A DNA stretch of 57,918 nucleotides from a virus (Duplodnaviria > Caudoviricetes): positions 1-57,918 of IMG/VR virus record IMGVR_UViG_3300026907_000064; one strand, 5' to 3'. Below the pieces are notes generated by a model. It was not told the DNA's origin. It searched no databases and saw nothing but the letters and a program-made list of their open reading frames with translations. Numbering within the stretch: the stretch's first letter is position 1; each line of letters begins with the position of its first letter. Shown here piece by piece: positions 26,318 through 36,347 of this stretch. Both the position numbers and the translations under genes were made by a program.

Positions 26318-26959
26318 CTATTTCTGTTCGTTGGGGCTGGTCATTGCCTTGGCATTGACGTCGCCGGTGAGAGTGGCCTGGCACGCAGCCAGGTGCTGGG
26401 CGGCGCGCTGGTGGAAGGCTGGCACTGTGTCGGCCTCCTTCAGGAAGGCCCGATACAGGACGTAGTCGACCAGGGCAGGCGCGTACTCACCCTCTGCCGC
26501 CAGTTCGACATTGCCCTGATCCTGCATGACAGGGACGGGACGCTTCGCATAGGACACCTCGACAACGACGCCGGCGCGCGCGGGCGGATAGACGTCGAAC
26601 TGCCCGGGGCTGCGCTCGTCATAGAGGAAGTGGCGGACTTCCATCGCCTTGGCCTGGCTGCGCCAGTTCGGCCGCACACGTGCCAGCGCGCCGGCGTCCG
26701 TCACGGTAATGGCGCGCTGGCGCGGCGCCGACACATTGCGGGGGACGTCGAACAGCAAACGGGCTCCGCCCGGCAACTGTTGCCGGTAGCCCTCGGCGCA
26801 GGTGAAATCCTCGGTCACCTCGTAGATGTCCGGCCGAAGGCGGTAGGCTTCGAGGCGGCCGTCGCTCAGCCACATGGGCAGCTCAGCGGCTTCCCAATAC
26901 ACCGCAGCGTTGTCCTGCAGGATGGTGCGCGCCCGGTCCAGCACTTCGGATACTTTCAT
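26318..26959 (-). CDS. Head-tail adaptor-like protein
   Basis: VLDRARTILQD...W...EL..WL and ALVDYVLYRAFLK motifs. Confidence 0.65.
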   Translation of the reverse strand: MKVSEVLDRARTILQDNAAVYWEAAELPMWLSDGRLEAYRLRPDIYEVTEDFTCAEGYRQQLPGGARLLFDVPRNVSAPRQRAITVTDAGALARVRPNWRSQAKAMEVRHFLYDERSPGQFDVYPPARAGVVVEVSYAKRPVPVMQDQGNVELAAEGEYAPALVDYVLYRAFLKEADTVPAFHQRAAQHLAACQATLTGDVNAKAMTSPNEQK

Positions 26960-27606
26960 CGGAACTCGTCTCCACCAGTACGCATTTGCCGCTTGACGAA
27001 GCCGCGCGCGCCATCGTCGGCCAGGACGTTGCAAGCCCGGTCAAAGTCGGCCAGGTATGCTCCGGCCCTGCCCGCGTCCGCATATCCCGCCTTGTGTTGA
27101 TGCAGGCGCGCCAGCGCACCGTTCGCCAGGTGCTCGGCGTAGAAGTTCAGCAGGACGTCGGCCAGCTCCCTGGCGGTGCGCGTGGGCGCATAGGCCACCT
27201 CCAGACGCAGCGCCCGCGGCGCCTTGACCGTCAGGGATGGCACCAGCTGGATGATCCCTGGAAGGCGGCAGTAGAACCGGGAGATTTCGGCCGTGGTGCC
27301 GACTTGGCGCCAGGCCCATCCGTCCGGGAACATTTCTTCCAGCTCGGGGCGTGTTGCTGATGTCAGCGCGCCCTCGGGCAGCCAGGCGGCCATCACGCCC
27401 ACGATCTGCGTGTCGGCCTCGGGCGCGTCCAGCTCATACTCGGTCGTGCCGGGCACCAGCGTCACCGGATCAAGGAAGGTCCGAAGTAGGCGCGTGCGGG
27501 TGCAGAACTCGATTGCAGCGTCGACGATCGCGTCATCTACTGCCGGCGCCGGCGCGCCCTCAACGAACGGCACGACGAACCGCTCGAAATCTGCCAGGGC
27601 CGCCAT
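26956..27606 (-). CDS. Head-tail adaptor-like protein (second paralog-like)
   Basis: AAIEFC.RT and GALARL motifs, in the late operon. Confidence 0.6.
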   Translation of the reverse strand: MAALADFERFVVPFVEGAPAPAVDDAIVDAAIEFCTRTRLLRTFLDPVTLVPGTTEYELDAPEADTQIVGVMAAWLPEGALTSATRPELEEMFPDGWAWRQVGTTAEISRFYCRLPGIIQLVPSLTVKAPRALRLEVAYAPTRTARELADVLLNFYAEHLANGALARLHQHKAGYADAGRAGAYLADFDRACNVLADDGARGFVKRQMRTGGDEFR

Positions 27607-28035
27607 TTAGTTCGGCTCGCCAGCCGCGCGCGAGTTGGCCAGGCTGACGATCTGCTGGATCATCTCGTCCTTCTTGAGGCCGTTGTCCAGCTGGTGATTG
27701 AACTGGCCCAGAGAAAACGCAACCAGGTCTTCCTTCTTCATGCCCTGCAGATTCGGCATGTTGAACGGCGGGATCTGGGACTGCTCGGTCCCTTGCCCGG
27801 CGGCCGTGCCAGTTTGCGGCTCGGTCACCACCAGGCCGACGCGGCCCGGGTCTTCTTCTGCCTCGTCCCAGGCTTCGCGCCAAACGTCGGGGTATCGGAT
27901 CAACTTGCTGGCGATCAGCGGCGGGACGAAATGGATTTGGTTGGCAAGCCACTCCAGGCCGGTGCCGGCCACTGTGTCCGTCTTCCGTTCCTTCTTCCCG
28001 ATGTACATGACCGGGATGAGATTGCTTTGCTCCAT
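27607..28035 (-). CDS. Hypothetical virion-associated protein with a C-terminal helical (HeH-like) motif
   Basis: YIGKK..KTDTV.GTG..W N-terminus and MKKEDL...KKDEM C-terminus. Confidence 0.65.
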   Translation of the reverse strand: MEQSNLIPVMYIGKKERKTDTVAGTGLEWLANQIHFVPPLIASKLIRYPDVWREAWDEAEEDPGRVGLVVTEPQTGTAAGQGTEQSQIPPFNMPNLQGMKKEDLVAFSLGQFNHQLDNGLKKDEMIQQIVSLANSRAAGEPN

Positions 28036-28044
28036 GGGAACTCC

Positions 28045-28082
28045 CAAAAAAATGGGGCCAGGCGGTTACCCACCCAGCCCCT
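28045..28082 (-). terminator. Terminator after the capsid/decoration genes
   Basis: Minus strand GGGGCTGGGTGG-GTAA-CCGCCTGGCCCC-ATTTTTTT. Confidence 0.75.
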
Positions 28083-28119
28083 GAACGCCGCACCAGGCGG
28101 CGAGACAGCCCCGAAAGGA

Positions 28120-28539
28120 TTAGGCGACGCCCACCATTTGGCCGTTGACCAGTGCCGTGATCTGCGGCGTGCCCGTGAAGGCTGCGCCGCTGACCGTCGC
28201 CACCAGCTTGACAGGCTGCTTGAAGGAGATGGGATGGGCCTTGGAATCTACGATGCCGGCGGTGGCGATATCGGCACCGGCGAGCCAGACGTCCAGGTCG
28301 GCCACGGGGCCCGCGGACGCGTCGTAGGGTTCGAAGCCGATATCCACCTTGACGCCGGCGCCGGCGGCATCGGCGATCAGGCGCAGCGCCGTCACCACCA
28401 CGCCAGCCGGGATGACGCCCAGATAGACCTTGTCGCCGGCCGCGGCAGCGCCGCGATAGCCGTAGGTTTCCACCCAGGCATTGCCGAAGGCCTGCGTGTG
28501 CAGGGGCTTCGAGTTGTAGTCGGGAGAGTAGCGATCCAT
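28120..28539 (-). CDS. Capsid decoration/minor capsid protein
   Basis: 139-aa beta-rich protein directly after the major capsid gene. GGAG RBS. Confidence 0.65.
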   Translation of the reverse strand: MDRYSPDYNSKPLHTQAFGNAWVETYGYRGAAAAGDKVYLGVIPAGVVVTALRLIADAAGAGVKVDIGFEPYDASAGPVADLDVWLAGADIATAGIVDSKAHPISFKQPVKLVATVSGAAFTGTPQITALVNGQMVGVA

Positions 28540-28591
28540 GAATTTCTCCAGTTCCACCGACAGCAGGCGGCCCACGGCCGCCCGCCGCCGA

Positions 28592-29890
28592 TCAGGTGTT
28601 GAGGTTGACGGCGGTATCCAGGGCGATCACGCCGTGGTCCGTCGGGATCTTGTTGCCGCGCGCGTCCGGCACCGAGAAGCGGAGCTTCGCCTTGCCGCAC
28701 ATGACTTCGCCCGCGACCTCGAGATTGCGCTCGAAGTTGTAGCGGTTCTCCATCCAGTTGGCGTAGGTGTCGGAGCCCTGGTTCTTGCCGTAGACGTGGG
28801 CCAGCGCCTGCGCGCCCAGCAGCATGCCGCGGTCGACGGCGAATCCCGGTTGCAGCGTCGGGATGGTGACGTCGGCCTGGGCCGCGGTGGCCTGGCCGGC
28901 CTGCGTGCAGTACTGGACCGAATCGCCCGGGTTCAGGCGGATGGCGCGGTCCATCTTGCGCACCAGGATGTTGTGCCAGATACCGGCTTCCCCCGTGAAC
29001 AACGGGTGCTTCTTCGGGCCAGTGAACGACGAGGCGCGGTTCCAGGCATTCTGGAGGAAGGTGCGCCACTGCAGGCTGTTGGCCGCCGTGTTGGTCAGGA
29101 TGCTCTGCCACATGCGGTTGGTGACCAGCAGCAGGTACAGCGGCTCGTCATCGGCAGCGGCATCGCCCGCGATCTTGATCGGCTGGAGCTTGAACTCCAT
29201 GTCGTCGATGATCGCGCCCAGGTGGTCCAGGTGTTCCAGCTTGAACGTGTCGGTGGTGTCGATCGCGCCCAGCGCCTGGCCGCCCTGCACCAGCGACGTG
29301 CCGTCGGCGACCCAGTGGCGGTTGAAGGTCGGCGCCTTGACGGGATTGATCATGATTTCGGCGAAATCGGGATCGGATGCCATGGGCACCACCCAGTCCG
29401 TACCGACCTGGGAGCCGCGGGTGCCAGCCAGGTGCACGATGGTGGACTGGTCGTTGAAGCGGCGGAACCAGCCCTGCAGGTTCGCCATCGCCAGGCCGCG
29501 CAGGTTGTGCACGGTGCGCTGCTGGGTCATCTTGCCGCCGGCGTCGACCACCTTGGTGGCCAGGTCGATGCGGATGTCCATGCTGGACATATCCAGGCGC
29601 TCGCCTTTGCCCTCGGCCTGCTTGTCGCCCATGATCGGCTTGCCGCCGGTCTGGTTGATGAGGTCAACGCTGACCTGGTCGCCCTGGGATTTCGTCAGGT
29701 CGGTCACGCGGACGAGCGGCATGTCCGGGCTGGTCTGGCCTTTCAGCTTCGCCTCGGCCGCCGATTGCTTCGGCGCCGCCCCGGTCAGGTTGTTCATCAG
29801 CGAGGGCTGACGTTGAGTGTTGGCGAACAGCGCCGCGCCAAAAACCTTGCGCGCGAGCGGCGAGCCAACGGGAACAGTAGTTTGGGACAT
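28592..29890 (-). CDS. Major capsid protein, N4-gp56/DUF4043 family
   Basis: VRVTDLTKSQGDQV..DL, MGD...EGKGE.L, G.MTQQRT.HNLR, HPLF.G..G.W and LLGAQAL motifs. Confidence 0.92.
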   Translation of the reverse strand: MSQTTVPVGSPLARKVFGAALFANTQRQPSLMNNLTGAAPKQSAAEAKLKGQTSPDMPLVRVTDLTKSQGDQVSVDLINQTGGKPIMGDKQAEGKGERLDMSSMDIRIDLATKVVDAGGKMTQQRTVHNLRGLAMANLQGWFRRFNDQSTIVHLAGTRGSQVGTDWVVPMASDPDFAEIMINPVKAPTFNRHWVADGTSLVQGGQALGAIDTTDTFKLEHLDHLGAIIDDMEFKLQPIKIAGDAAADDEPLYLLLVTNRMWQSILTNTAANSLQWRTFLQNAWNRASSFTGPKKHPLFTGEAGIWHNILVRKMDRAIRLNPGDSVQYCTQAGQATAAQADVTIPTLQPGFAVDRGMLLGAQALAHVYGKNQGSDTYANWMENRYNFERNLEVAGEVMCGKAKLRFSVPDARGNKIPTDHGVIALDTAVNLNT

Positions 29891-29911
29891 ATAGCCTCCA
29901 GTTCGTGAGGA

Positions 29912-30967
29912 TTACGAAGAGAGGCGCGCCAGCTGCGCTTCGATTTCATCCGGCGACATATTCATGAAGTGGTCCGTCAGGGCGCTGCCCGACAGCGCCG
30001 TCATGGCGTCAGCCTGGGAACCGGCGGCCGGCTGGCCGCCAGGAATATCGGAAAGCGTGGAAGGACCCGATGCGGTCGCCTGCGCCTTGGCGACGGCTTG
30101 CGCAACGCGCGCGGCTTGATCGGCTGGCTGCTGTCCGGCCGCGGCCTGGGCCTGGCCGGGCAGCTCGATCGTGCCGCGTTCGGCTTCGTACATTCGGAGG
30201 GCCGCATCGAACCGCTCGGCGAGCGGCTTGTCCTTCCATGCCACGCGGCTGCGCAGCATGGAGTCGATATCGGCAACCTCGTTGAACGCGGCCGGGTCAG
30301 TGGTACGGAGGTGGGCGAGTTTCTGGTTTGCCTGGATGGTGTCCTCGACGGACACGATGGCCTGGACCTGCTGTTCGCGCCGCGCGGCCTCTGCCTCCTC
30401 GGCTGCCGGCCGTCCGGCGTCCACCTGGCCGCGCAGGTCATTCACCATGGCGATCAGGTTGTCCATCCGGGCGGCGACATCGGGGGCTTCTTCGCGCAGC
30501 TGCTCCAGCAACTGCTCGTCGACGATCGTGGAAAGATCGGCCGACTTGGTGGCCTTGCCCAGATGGGCCGCAGCCTGGTCCAGTTCCAGCTTGGACGTCA
30601 GTTCCCGAACCATCTGCTCAGCCCGGACCGCGCGTTCGCGCTCCTGCTGCAGCACCTGGTACGGAATGGCGTGCTTGCCGTCCTTCGTCAGTACAACGGA
30701 TTCGAGCTGTTCGCTCTGGGCGCCAACAGCTGGCGCCCGCGTCCCTTCCTCGCCGGTACCGGGCGCTGCACCGCTGGTATCGCCCTTGGGGTTGGCGCCG
30801 GACGCGGCATCCGCGGCGGCTCCTTCGGTCGTGGTGTCGTCGGCGCCGATGGTGGCTTCCTGCCCACCAACCAGCGCGGCAAGCGCCTCTTCCGACATGC
30901 TGAGGGGGTCGCGCAAAACCTCATCGAGGTCGGCGATGGGAAATTCCGTCGTGTTCTCCGTGCTCAT
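29912..30967 (-). CDS. Scaffolding protein
   Basis: Acidic, helical, KDGKH.IPY.VL motif, between portal and capsid. Confidence 0.8.
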   Translation of the reverse strand: MSTENTTEFPIADLDEVLRDPLSMSEEALAALVGGQEATIGADDTTTEGAAADAASGANPKGDTSGAAPGTGEEGTRAPAVGAQSEQLESVVLTKDGKHAIPYQVLQQERERAVRAEQMVRELTSKLELDQAAAHLGKATKSADLSTIVDEQLLEQLREEAPDVAARMDNLIAMVNDLRGQVDAGRPAAEEAEAARREQQVQAIVSVEDTIQANQKLAHLRTTDPAAFNEVADIDSMLRSRVAWKDKPLAERFDAALRMYEAERGTIELPGQAQAAAGQQPADQAARVAQAVAKAQATASGPSTLSDIPGGQPAAGSQADAMTALSGSALTDHFMNMSPDEIEAQLARLSS

Positions 30968-31011
30968 CTCTTCCTGCTCCTAGTTTTCGGATAGGTCCGT
31001 GGGTGGAAACG

Positions 31012-31046
31012 AAAAAAGCCCCCAGCGATTGCTCGATGGGGGCTTG
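31012..31046 (-). terminator. Terminator-like hairpin after the portal gene
   Basis: Minus strand AAGCCCCCA...TGGGGGCTTTTTT. Confidence 0.7.
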
Positions 31047-31085
31047 CGGGTTGCCCGTATCCCAGGGCGGGGAATCTGTGTGACG

Positions 31086-33368
31086 CTACGCGGCCGCTAC
31101 CTGCTGACCGCCAAGGCGGGACCGGACTTGGTCGACCTCGTCGGTTAGTTGAGCGAATCGCTCCTGCAGCTGGGCGCCGCCGGTCGCCGCTTCGGCGCGG
31201 ATGCGCGCCCGGACGGTCTCGGCTTGTTCGTGCATCTCGGTCTGCTGCAGGCGGGCCTGCCACTCGGTCGTCCGATCGGCCAATTGCTGGCGCAGCTTCT
31301 GCAGTTCTTCCTCATAGCGCGCCATCGCGCCGTCGACCTGGCCGACCGTATCCGCGTCGCCGGCCGCGCCGGCCTCGGCACGGATGCGCTCGGCCTCGGC
31401 CAGCAGCTTCTGTGTGCGGGCCTGACGCTCCTCGATCTTGGACTGAGCATCCTGCATGGCGGCCTCGGCTTGCGCCGCGGCGGCCTGGCTGGCCTGCTGT
31501 TTCGCCTGCTGCGCCTCCGGCGAATTGGGATCAGCCTGGATCCCCAGCTGCGACCGCAGGAACTCGGCCATTTCCTTGCGCTTGCCGAAGTCGGACATTT
31601 CCAGCGCGAACGGGATCAGCAGGCCCTGCATGTTGGGCGGCATGGACTTGAGGATTTCCGCGAAGGCAGCGAACTGTTGGGCGCGATAGGTAGGCGTGCT
31701 GGGCACGTCGGTCAGGGCGACCTTTACCGGTGCCGTCTGAACGTCGTTCTCCTTGTAGGCCTGACCGGTGACCGGATCCTTGCGGGGAATGTTCACGATC
31801 ACTCGGCGCTTAACCGTGCCGTTGTCGACCAGGATTTCCGCCTGATCGGTCATGTCTTCTTTGATGAGGTCCAGCAGCGCATTGCCCACGCCGCGGCGCG
31901 CGATGCGGTAGTGGTCGTTGATCTTGGCCAGGGTCGTGACGCCCTGCTCCACCAGCGACTGGATGGCCAGGCCGGAGCTGGCATTGGACTGCTGACCCAT
32001 CATGGCGGCGTACACGCCAGCAGCTTCCTGGATGGCCTGCTTGCGCTCCTGCATGATCTGGAACTGCTGCTGGGATAGTTGCTGGTTGTCGTCGACGGAG
32101 ATGGCGCCCAGCTTGTTCACGCGGCCCGGGTTCATGACCACAAAGGCATCCGCACGACCCAGCTCCCGGCTCACGTCCGACACCGAGTTGTATTTCGGGT
32201 CGAACGCATCGGAGTCGACCGTGGCGCGCCGGCTACTGAGCAACCACATCATCTTCGCGGAGCGTGCATTGACCTCGTCCTGCGGCGAAATCATGGCGCG
32301 GATCAGGCCATAGGGCACGCCCGTCAGGTCTTCCCGGTACCCGAAGAACGGTACATACGGGAACCTACGCCGGTTGGTGCCGCGGTCCAGCACTCGAATG
32401 GGGCCGATGTAGAAAGCCGAGCGGATCTTGTCGTAGACCGCCAGCTTGGGCTGCACGGCACCCGACGCGACCAGTGCGCGGTGCACCTGGTTCTTGTCGT
32501 TGAACTCCAGTGTCCGGCCGCCGGGCAGTGACAGCACCAGGCCGCGCACCCAGACCCGGTACCAGACTTCGAAGCACGTCACGACGCGGCGGTCGATGTC
32601 GCGCCAATCAAGGTCATCCCAGGTCGTGCGCGTGCCTTGTAGCGCATCGTTGAAGAAGTCGGCGGACGCCCGCGACTCGCTGGTCAGGTAGTCGGCCCAG
32701 TCCCGCCAGTTGGCCGCGGCCAGGATCATTTCCCGATGCTGCGGGAAGAACGAGGCGATATGGTCAGCGTCGTACCGCTTCTTGCGCACCACGTACCGCG
32801 CATCGCTCCAGTCCAGAGCCTTGCTGCGCCAGTCCCAGAACATCTCAGACCGGTGCACGCTAGTGACGCGGTATGGATAGTTGAAGGGGTTGCTGTCCCT
32901 GGACACTTCAACCACGCCCAGGCCTGCCTTGATTTGCCCGGCGTATGCCTCAGACGTGGCGGTGTCCGCCTGCGTCTCTCGCTCGGTTTCGTGCATCTTG
33001 GCCGAAAGCGCCTCGGCGACGTCCTGGTACTTGTCATCGTCCCCGCCGACGCGCCAATCGGTGCGCGTCTTGGCCTCCATGCCCAGCACCGCGTTGACGG
33101 TCGGTTGGATCAGGTTCGTCACCAGCGGGCCGAGACCTTTATCTTCCAGGCGCGCGAGCGTATCGGCGTCCAACTGGTTGCCGTCGTAGTAGTCGCAGGC
33201 CTTGTCAGCCTCGCGGCGCCAGGACGGCTGGTCGCGGATTTCCTCCAGCCAGCGCTCCAACTGGGTGACCGACAGCGCGCCCGGCTCGGCCGGCGCCTGG
33301 TCGCGGGCGTGCGCGGTCGCGCCGTCGTCGCCATCGAGGAGGCGGAAGCCGGTAACGGAAGTGTTCAT
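31086..33368 (-). CDS. Portal protein (P22-like with C-terminal barrel)
   Basis: DYYDGNQ, NLIQP.VN.VLG.E, FPYVPF.GY, PYG..R.M..PQDEVN.R and SG.AI motifs, with a coiled C-terminus. Confidence 0.92.
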   Translation of the reverse strand: MNTSVTGFRLLDGDDGATAHARDQAPAEPGALSVTQLERWLEEIRDQPSWRREADKACDYYDGNQLDADTLARLEDKGLGPLVTNLIQPTVNAVLGMEAKTRTDWRVGGDDDKYQDVAEALSAKMHETERETQADTATSEAYAGQIKAGLGVVEVSRDSNPFNYPYRVTSVHRSEMFWDWRSKALDWSDARYVVRKKRYDADHIASFFPQHREMILAAANWRDWADYLTSESRASADFFNDALQGTRTTWDDLDWRDIDRRVVTCFEVWYRVWVRGLVLSLPGGRTLEFNDKNQVHRALVASGAVQPKLAVYDKIRSAFYIGPIRVLDRGTNRRRFPYVPFFGYREDLTGVPYGLIRAMISPQDEVNARSAKMMWLLSSRRATVDSDAFDPKYNSVSDVSRELGRADAFVVMNPGRVNKLGAISVDDNQQLSQQQFQIMQERKQAIQEAAGVYAAMMGQQSNASSGLAIQSLVEQGVTTLAKINDHYRIARRGVGNALLDLIKEDMTDQAEILVDNGTVKRRVIVNIPRKDPVTGQAYKENDVQTAPVKVALTDVPSTPTYRAQQFAAFAEILKSMPPNMQGLLIPFALEMSDFGKRKEMAEFLRSQLGIQADPNSPEAQQAKQQASQAAAAQAEAAMQDAQSKIEERQARTQKLLAEAERIRAEAGAAGDADTVGQVDGAMARYEEELQKLRQQLADRTTEWQARLQQTEMHEQAETVRARIRAEAATGGAQLQERFAQLTDEVDQVRSRLGGQQVAAA

Positions 33369-34771
33369 GCGCGCCAGTTGTCCCGGTGTCGTTTGAAATT
33401 GATGGGCACGTTGTCGCGTGCGTAGCGGAGGGACATCACGCCGTAGCGCGATGCGGAAATGACGTCGTCATCGATCTTCACGATGGCGCCGTCCTTGCGG
33501 TGATAGGTGCGGTACTCGGATAGCCACAGCTCCAGGTGGGAAAACACCTTGAACCGGCCTGTAACCATCCGGTTGAGGATGATCTGGATGCCCGCCTCAA
33601 CCCCGTTGGAGCCGTCCTCAAACTGTGTGCGCTCGGGCAGCATTGCCACACCCTCGGCGATATATGCGTCGCGCATCGGCGTGCCGGTGTCCTTCTGCGC
33701 CTGCAGGGCGTCGTGCGGCCAGGCCACCGGGATCCAGCTTCCACGGCCCTTGATAGCGCTGGCATGTACCGATACCGGCTGTTTCTTGGCCGCGTACACG
33801 TCGTACACGTAGACGATGTCCGCGTCCTGGTTGTGGGCCAGCCAGGCCGCGGCCGTCGGGTGATCCCATCCCAGATCCAGGCCGCAAATGCGTGGCCAGC
33901 TGTCCGGGATGTTGAACGGTGGCACCACGATGCTGGATTCCGGTACCGGAAAGACCGCGCCGGAGCCCAGCACGGGCCTGCCATACGCGCGGGCCTCGCG
34001 CTCATGCTCCGGGTAGCTGGCCAGGATGGCGTCGGCCTGATCGCGGGTGTAGTGCTCGGCATCGTAGATGCCCATGAACACCACAACCGTGCCGGTGTGC
34101 TTGTCGATCAGGAACCGCTTGACCGTCGCCGACATGCCCATCAGGGGCGTGAAGGTCATGTACACCGGGCCCAACGTCGTGTTGGTCCGGGTGATGGCCT
34201 CCATGTAGATGTCGTGTGGCGGCTCCTCATCGAGCCAGACGAAATCCAGGGTCTCCGCCTGGAACTTTTCCCGGCCCTGCTCGTAGTTCCGGAAGCCCAG
34301 CACGCTCTCGCCGGCCTGGACGTCACCGCCGCCGCCATGGCGCACCACGATCATGGACACCGCGCCCGGCACGCCGGCCAGCGGCGCTGTCTCTTTGATC
34401 GCGTCCGCCGGGATGGCGCCAGTGCCTCGATCACTGTCCACACCAGGGCGGCCCAGCAGCAGGCGCTGCATGCCGTCGCGGGTCAGTGCAGAGGACACCG
34501 AAGCCGCCCAGCCCGCGGTCGGCCGCTGGAATGCCTTGCCTTCCCACCAGTCCGGGTAGCGTCCGGTCAGGTGCATGGACGTCTCGTAGGCGCCCGAATA
34601 GGTCTTGCCCAGTTGGTTGCCGGCAGAAAAAAGGCGCTCGCGGTATACGGCGCCTTGTGCGTGAAACTCCCTCTGCTTCTCGTAGGGGCGGTAGTACTTC
34701 AGCCGGTTGCGCTTGGCGCGCCAGGCTCGCTCCTGCAGCGCCCTGGCCAGCATCAAACGCGGATTGGACAT
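33365..34771 (-). CDS. Terminase large subunit
   Basis: AGNQLGKT (Walker A), VWLDEE (Walker B), TFTP and GLDLGWDHPTA nuclease motifs. Confidence 0.95.
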   Translation of the reverse strand: MSNPRLMLARALQERAWRAKRNRLKYYRPYEKQREFHAQGAVYRERLFSAGNQLGKTYSGAYETSMHLTGRYPDWWEGKAFQRPTAGWAASVSSALTRDGMQRLLLGRPGVDSDRGTGAIPADAIKETAPLAGVPGAVSMIVVRHGGGGDVQAGESVLGFRNYEQGREKFQAETLDFVWLDEEPPHDIYMEAITRTNTTLGPVYMTFTPLMGMSATVKRFLIDKHTGTVVVFMGIYDAEHYTRDQADAILASYPEHEREARAYGRPVLGSGAVFPVPESSIVVPPFNIPDSWPRICGLDLGWDHPTAAAWLAHNQDADIVYVYDVYAAKKQPVSVHASAIKGRGSWIPVAWPHDALQAQKDTGTPMRDAYIAEGVAMLPERTQFEDGSNGVEAGIQIILNRMVTGRFKVFSHLELWLSEYRTYHRKDGAIVKIDDDVISASRYGVMSLRYARDNVPINFKRHRDNWRA

Positions 34772-35487
34772 CAGTGCATCGTGGCCCCGGCGCCAGCGGC
34801 GCGCAGCTGGGCGAGGACGGTTTCCACGGGCACACCTTCCAGTTCGGCAATCTCGGCAGCCGCCTGAGCAATGGTTTGATCCAGTTCGGCGTCCGATTTC
34901 TTGTCCAGCTCGCCCAGCCGCAATTCCTTGCGCTCGACGAACATGCCCAGGTGCCGACCGATCAGCTCCAGATTGGGCGTCTTGGGCGCCAGCTTGAGCG
35001 TGAAGTTGCCGTTGCGGTCCCAGCTCCAGCCGATGATGCAGCGGCGGACCTGCTCCGGCAGCAGTTTCAGATCCCGCGGGCTCGTGATGTCGCGCACCTC
35101 GCCCGTCGTCGGATCGGTCACCACCAGGTCGGCCGGGTCGTAGAAGCCCATCGCCACCCACTCGGCCAGCACGCGCTCCGCTTTCACCTCCAGCTTTTCC
35201 GAGAGCTTGTCGCGCATGGCCTGGACCGCCGCAGCGACATTAGCCTGCGCTAGCAGCCGGGACGCGCCACTGACCGCCGCCGCGCCTTTCGCCTTGTAGG
35301 CCGCCTCATACGCCTTGGTCTGGTTCAGGAAGCCGCCGGCGGCGAACTCATCCACGAACCGACGCTGTTGCGGCGTCAGGGCGGTATCCGCAGACACCAC
35401 GCGGCGGGCGGCGGTCGACAACGTGCGTTTCGAGCGCGCAGGCGTCTTCCGCGCCTGCTTGGGCGCTTTGGATTTCCTGGTGGGCAT
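34771..35487 (-). CDS. Terminase small subunit
   Basis: LTPQQRRFVDEF...AY..AY...ASRLL...V and LELIGRHLGMF motifs. Confidence 0.88.
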   Translation of the reverse strand: MPTRKSKAPKQARKTPARSKRTLSTAARRVVSADTALTPQQRRFVDEFAAGGFLNQTKAYEAAYKAKGAAAVSGASRLLAQANVAAAVQAMRDKLSEKLEVKAERVLAEWVAMGFYDPADLVVTDPTTGEVRDITSPRDLKLLPEQVRRCIIGWSWDRNGNFTLKLAPKTPNLELIGRHLGMFVERKELRLGELDKKSDAELDQTIAQAAAEIAELEGVPVETVLAQLRAAGAGATMH

Positions 35488-35532
35488 AAGGCTGATTGAG
35501 TAACAGGTTGAAATACAATGACGTAGCGCTCT

Positions 35533-36255
35533 GTGGGAGCACTGATCAGCTACGTGAGGGAAAGGATGTCGTTGGATGACACCGCCGAGAAAGCGCGGCG
35601 CAATTTGGTCGCCGCTGCTACTGGCATCATCGCAGTTTGGGTGTTGGGAATTCCACTGGACGGAAAGCTCATTGGAGCGATCAACTTGGACAACGTCCAA
35701 CCTTGGCGAGCCTGGTTCTGCGCCACGACCGTTCTTGTCTACTTCTGGTTGCGATACAAGCTATCCCCCAAACGCATCGAAGCTCGGGATAACCACCGAA
35801 ACCAGAAAGAGGTCGACAGAAAGGACGTTCAAAATAACTTTGCTGTGGGGCAGTTCTACCGCTTCCTCAGCGGCAAACGCTACTGGATCCGCCTCATTGA
35901 CATGCCAACTGCACCAGTCGGCATGATTCCCTCTCCCGCCACAGACGTGAAATGGACCACGGAGTACTCGGCGGGCAAGATAACTTTTTTGTGGTACCTC
36001 CGGCCTACCGACGGTACTGAGCCCATCTTCAGCGGAGCACCTATCGAACGGGTAGCATTCCGAGTGCAGTGGCCGGTTCGCGCGGCTCGCGGTTTGTGGC
36101 ACCAACTCCGACGAATTAGGAGTCTGACCTGGAATAGCCTCGAGGTATCCCTCCCCGTCTATCTGACGAGCGTGGCCCTGGCTATCTGCCTCTGGAAGTT
36201 AGGTGGAAGCCTCTACTACGACTGGCCCTTCGTGCGCCAGTTGCTTTCGGCATAA
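35533..36255 (+). CDS. Moron: multi-TM membrane protein (start may be 35566)
   Basis: Antisense to flanking genes, lower GC, about 3 hydrophobic segments, TACAAT -10 at 35514-35519, own terminator. Confidence 0.75.
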   Translation: MGALISYVRERMSLDDTAEKARRNLVAAATGIIAVWVLGIPLDGKLIGAINLDNVQPWRAWFCATTVLVYFWLRYKLSPKRIEARDNHRNQKEVDRKDVQNNFAVGQFYRFLSGKRYWIRLIDMPTAPVGMIPSPATDVKWTTEYSAGKITFLWYLRPTDGTEPIFSGAPIERVAFRVQWPVRAARGLWHQLRRIRSLTWNSLEVSLPVYLTSVALAICLWKLGGSLYYDWPFVRQLLSA

Positions 36256-36288
36256 AAAAACCCCGCTCGGTTTCCCGGCGGGGTTCTT
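36254..36288. terminator. Bidirectional terminator
   Basis: AAAAAAACCCCGC-TCGGTTTCCCG-GCGGGGTTCTT between convergent genes. Confidence 0.7.
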
Positions 36289-36347
36289 AGGCGCACTGAT
36301 GACCAGTGACAGAATGGGGCCGATTTTGCGGGTTCAATTCTCAGAAG

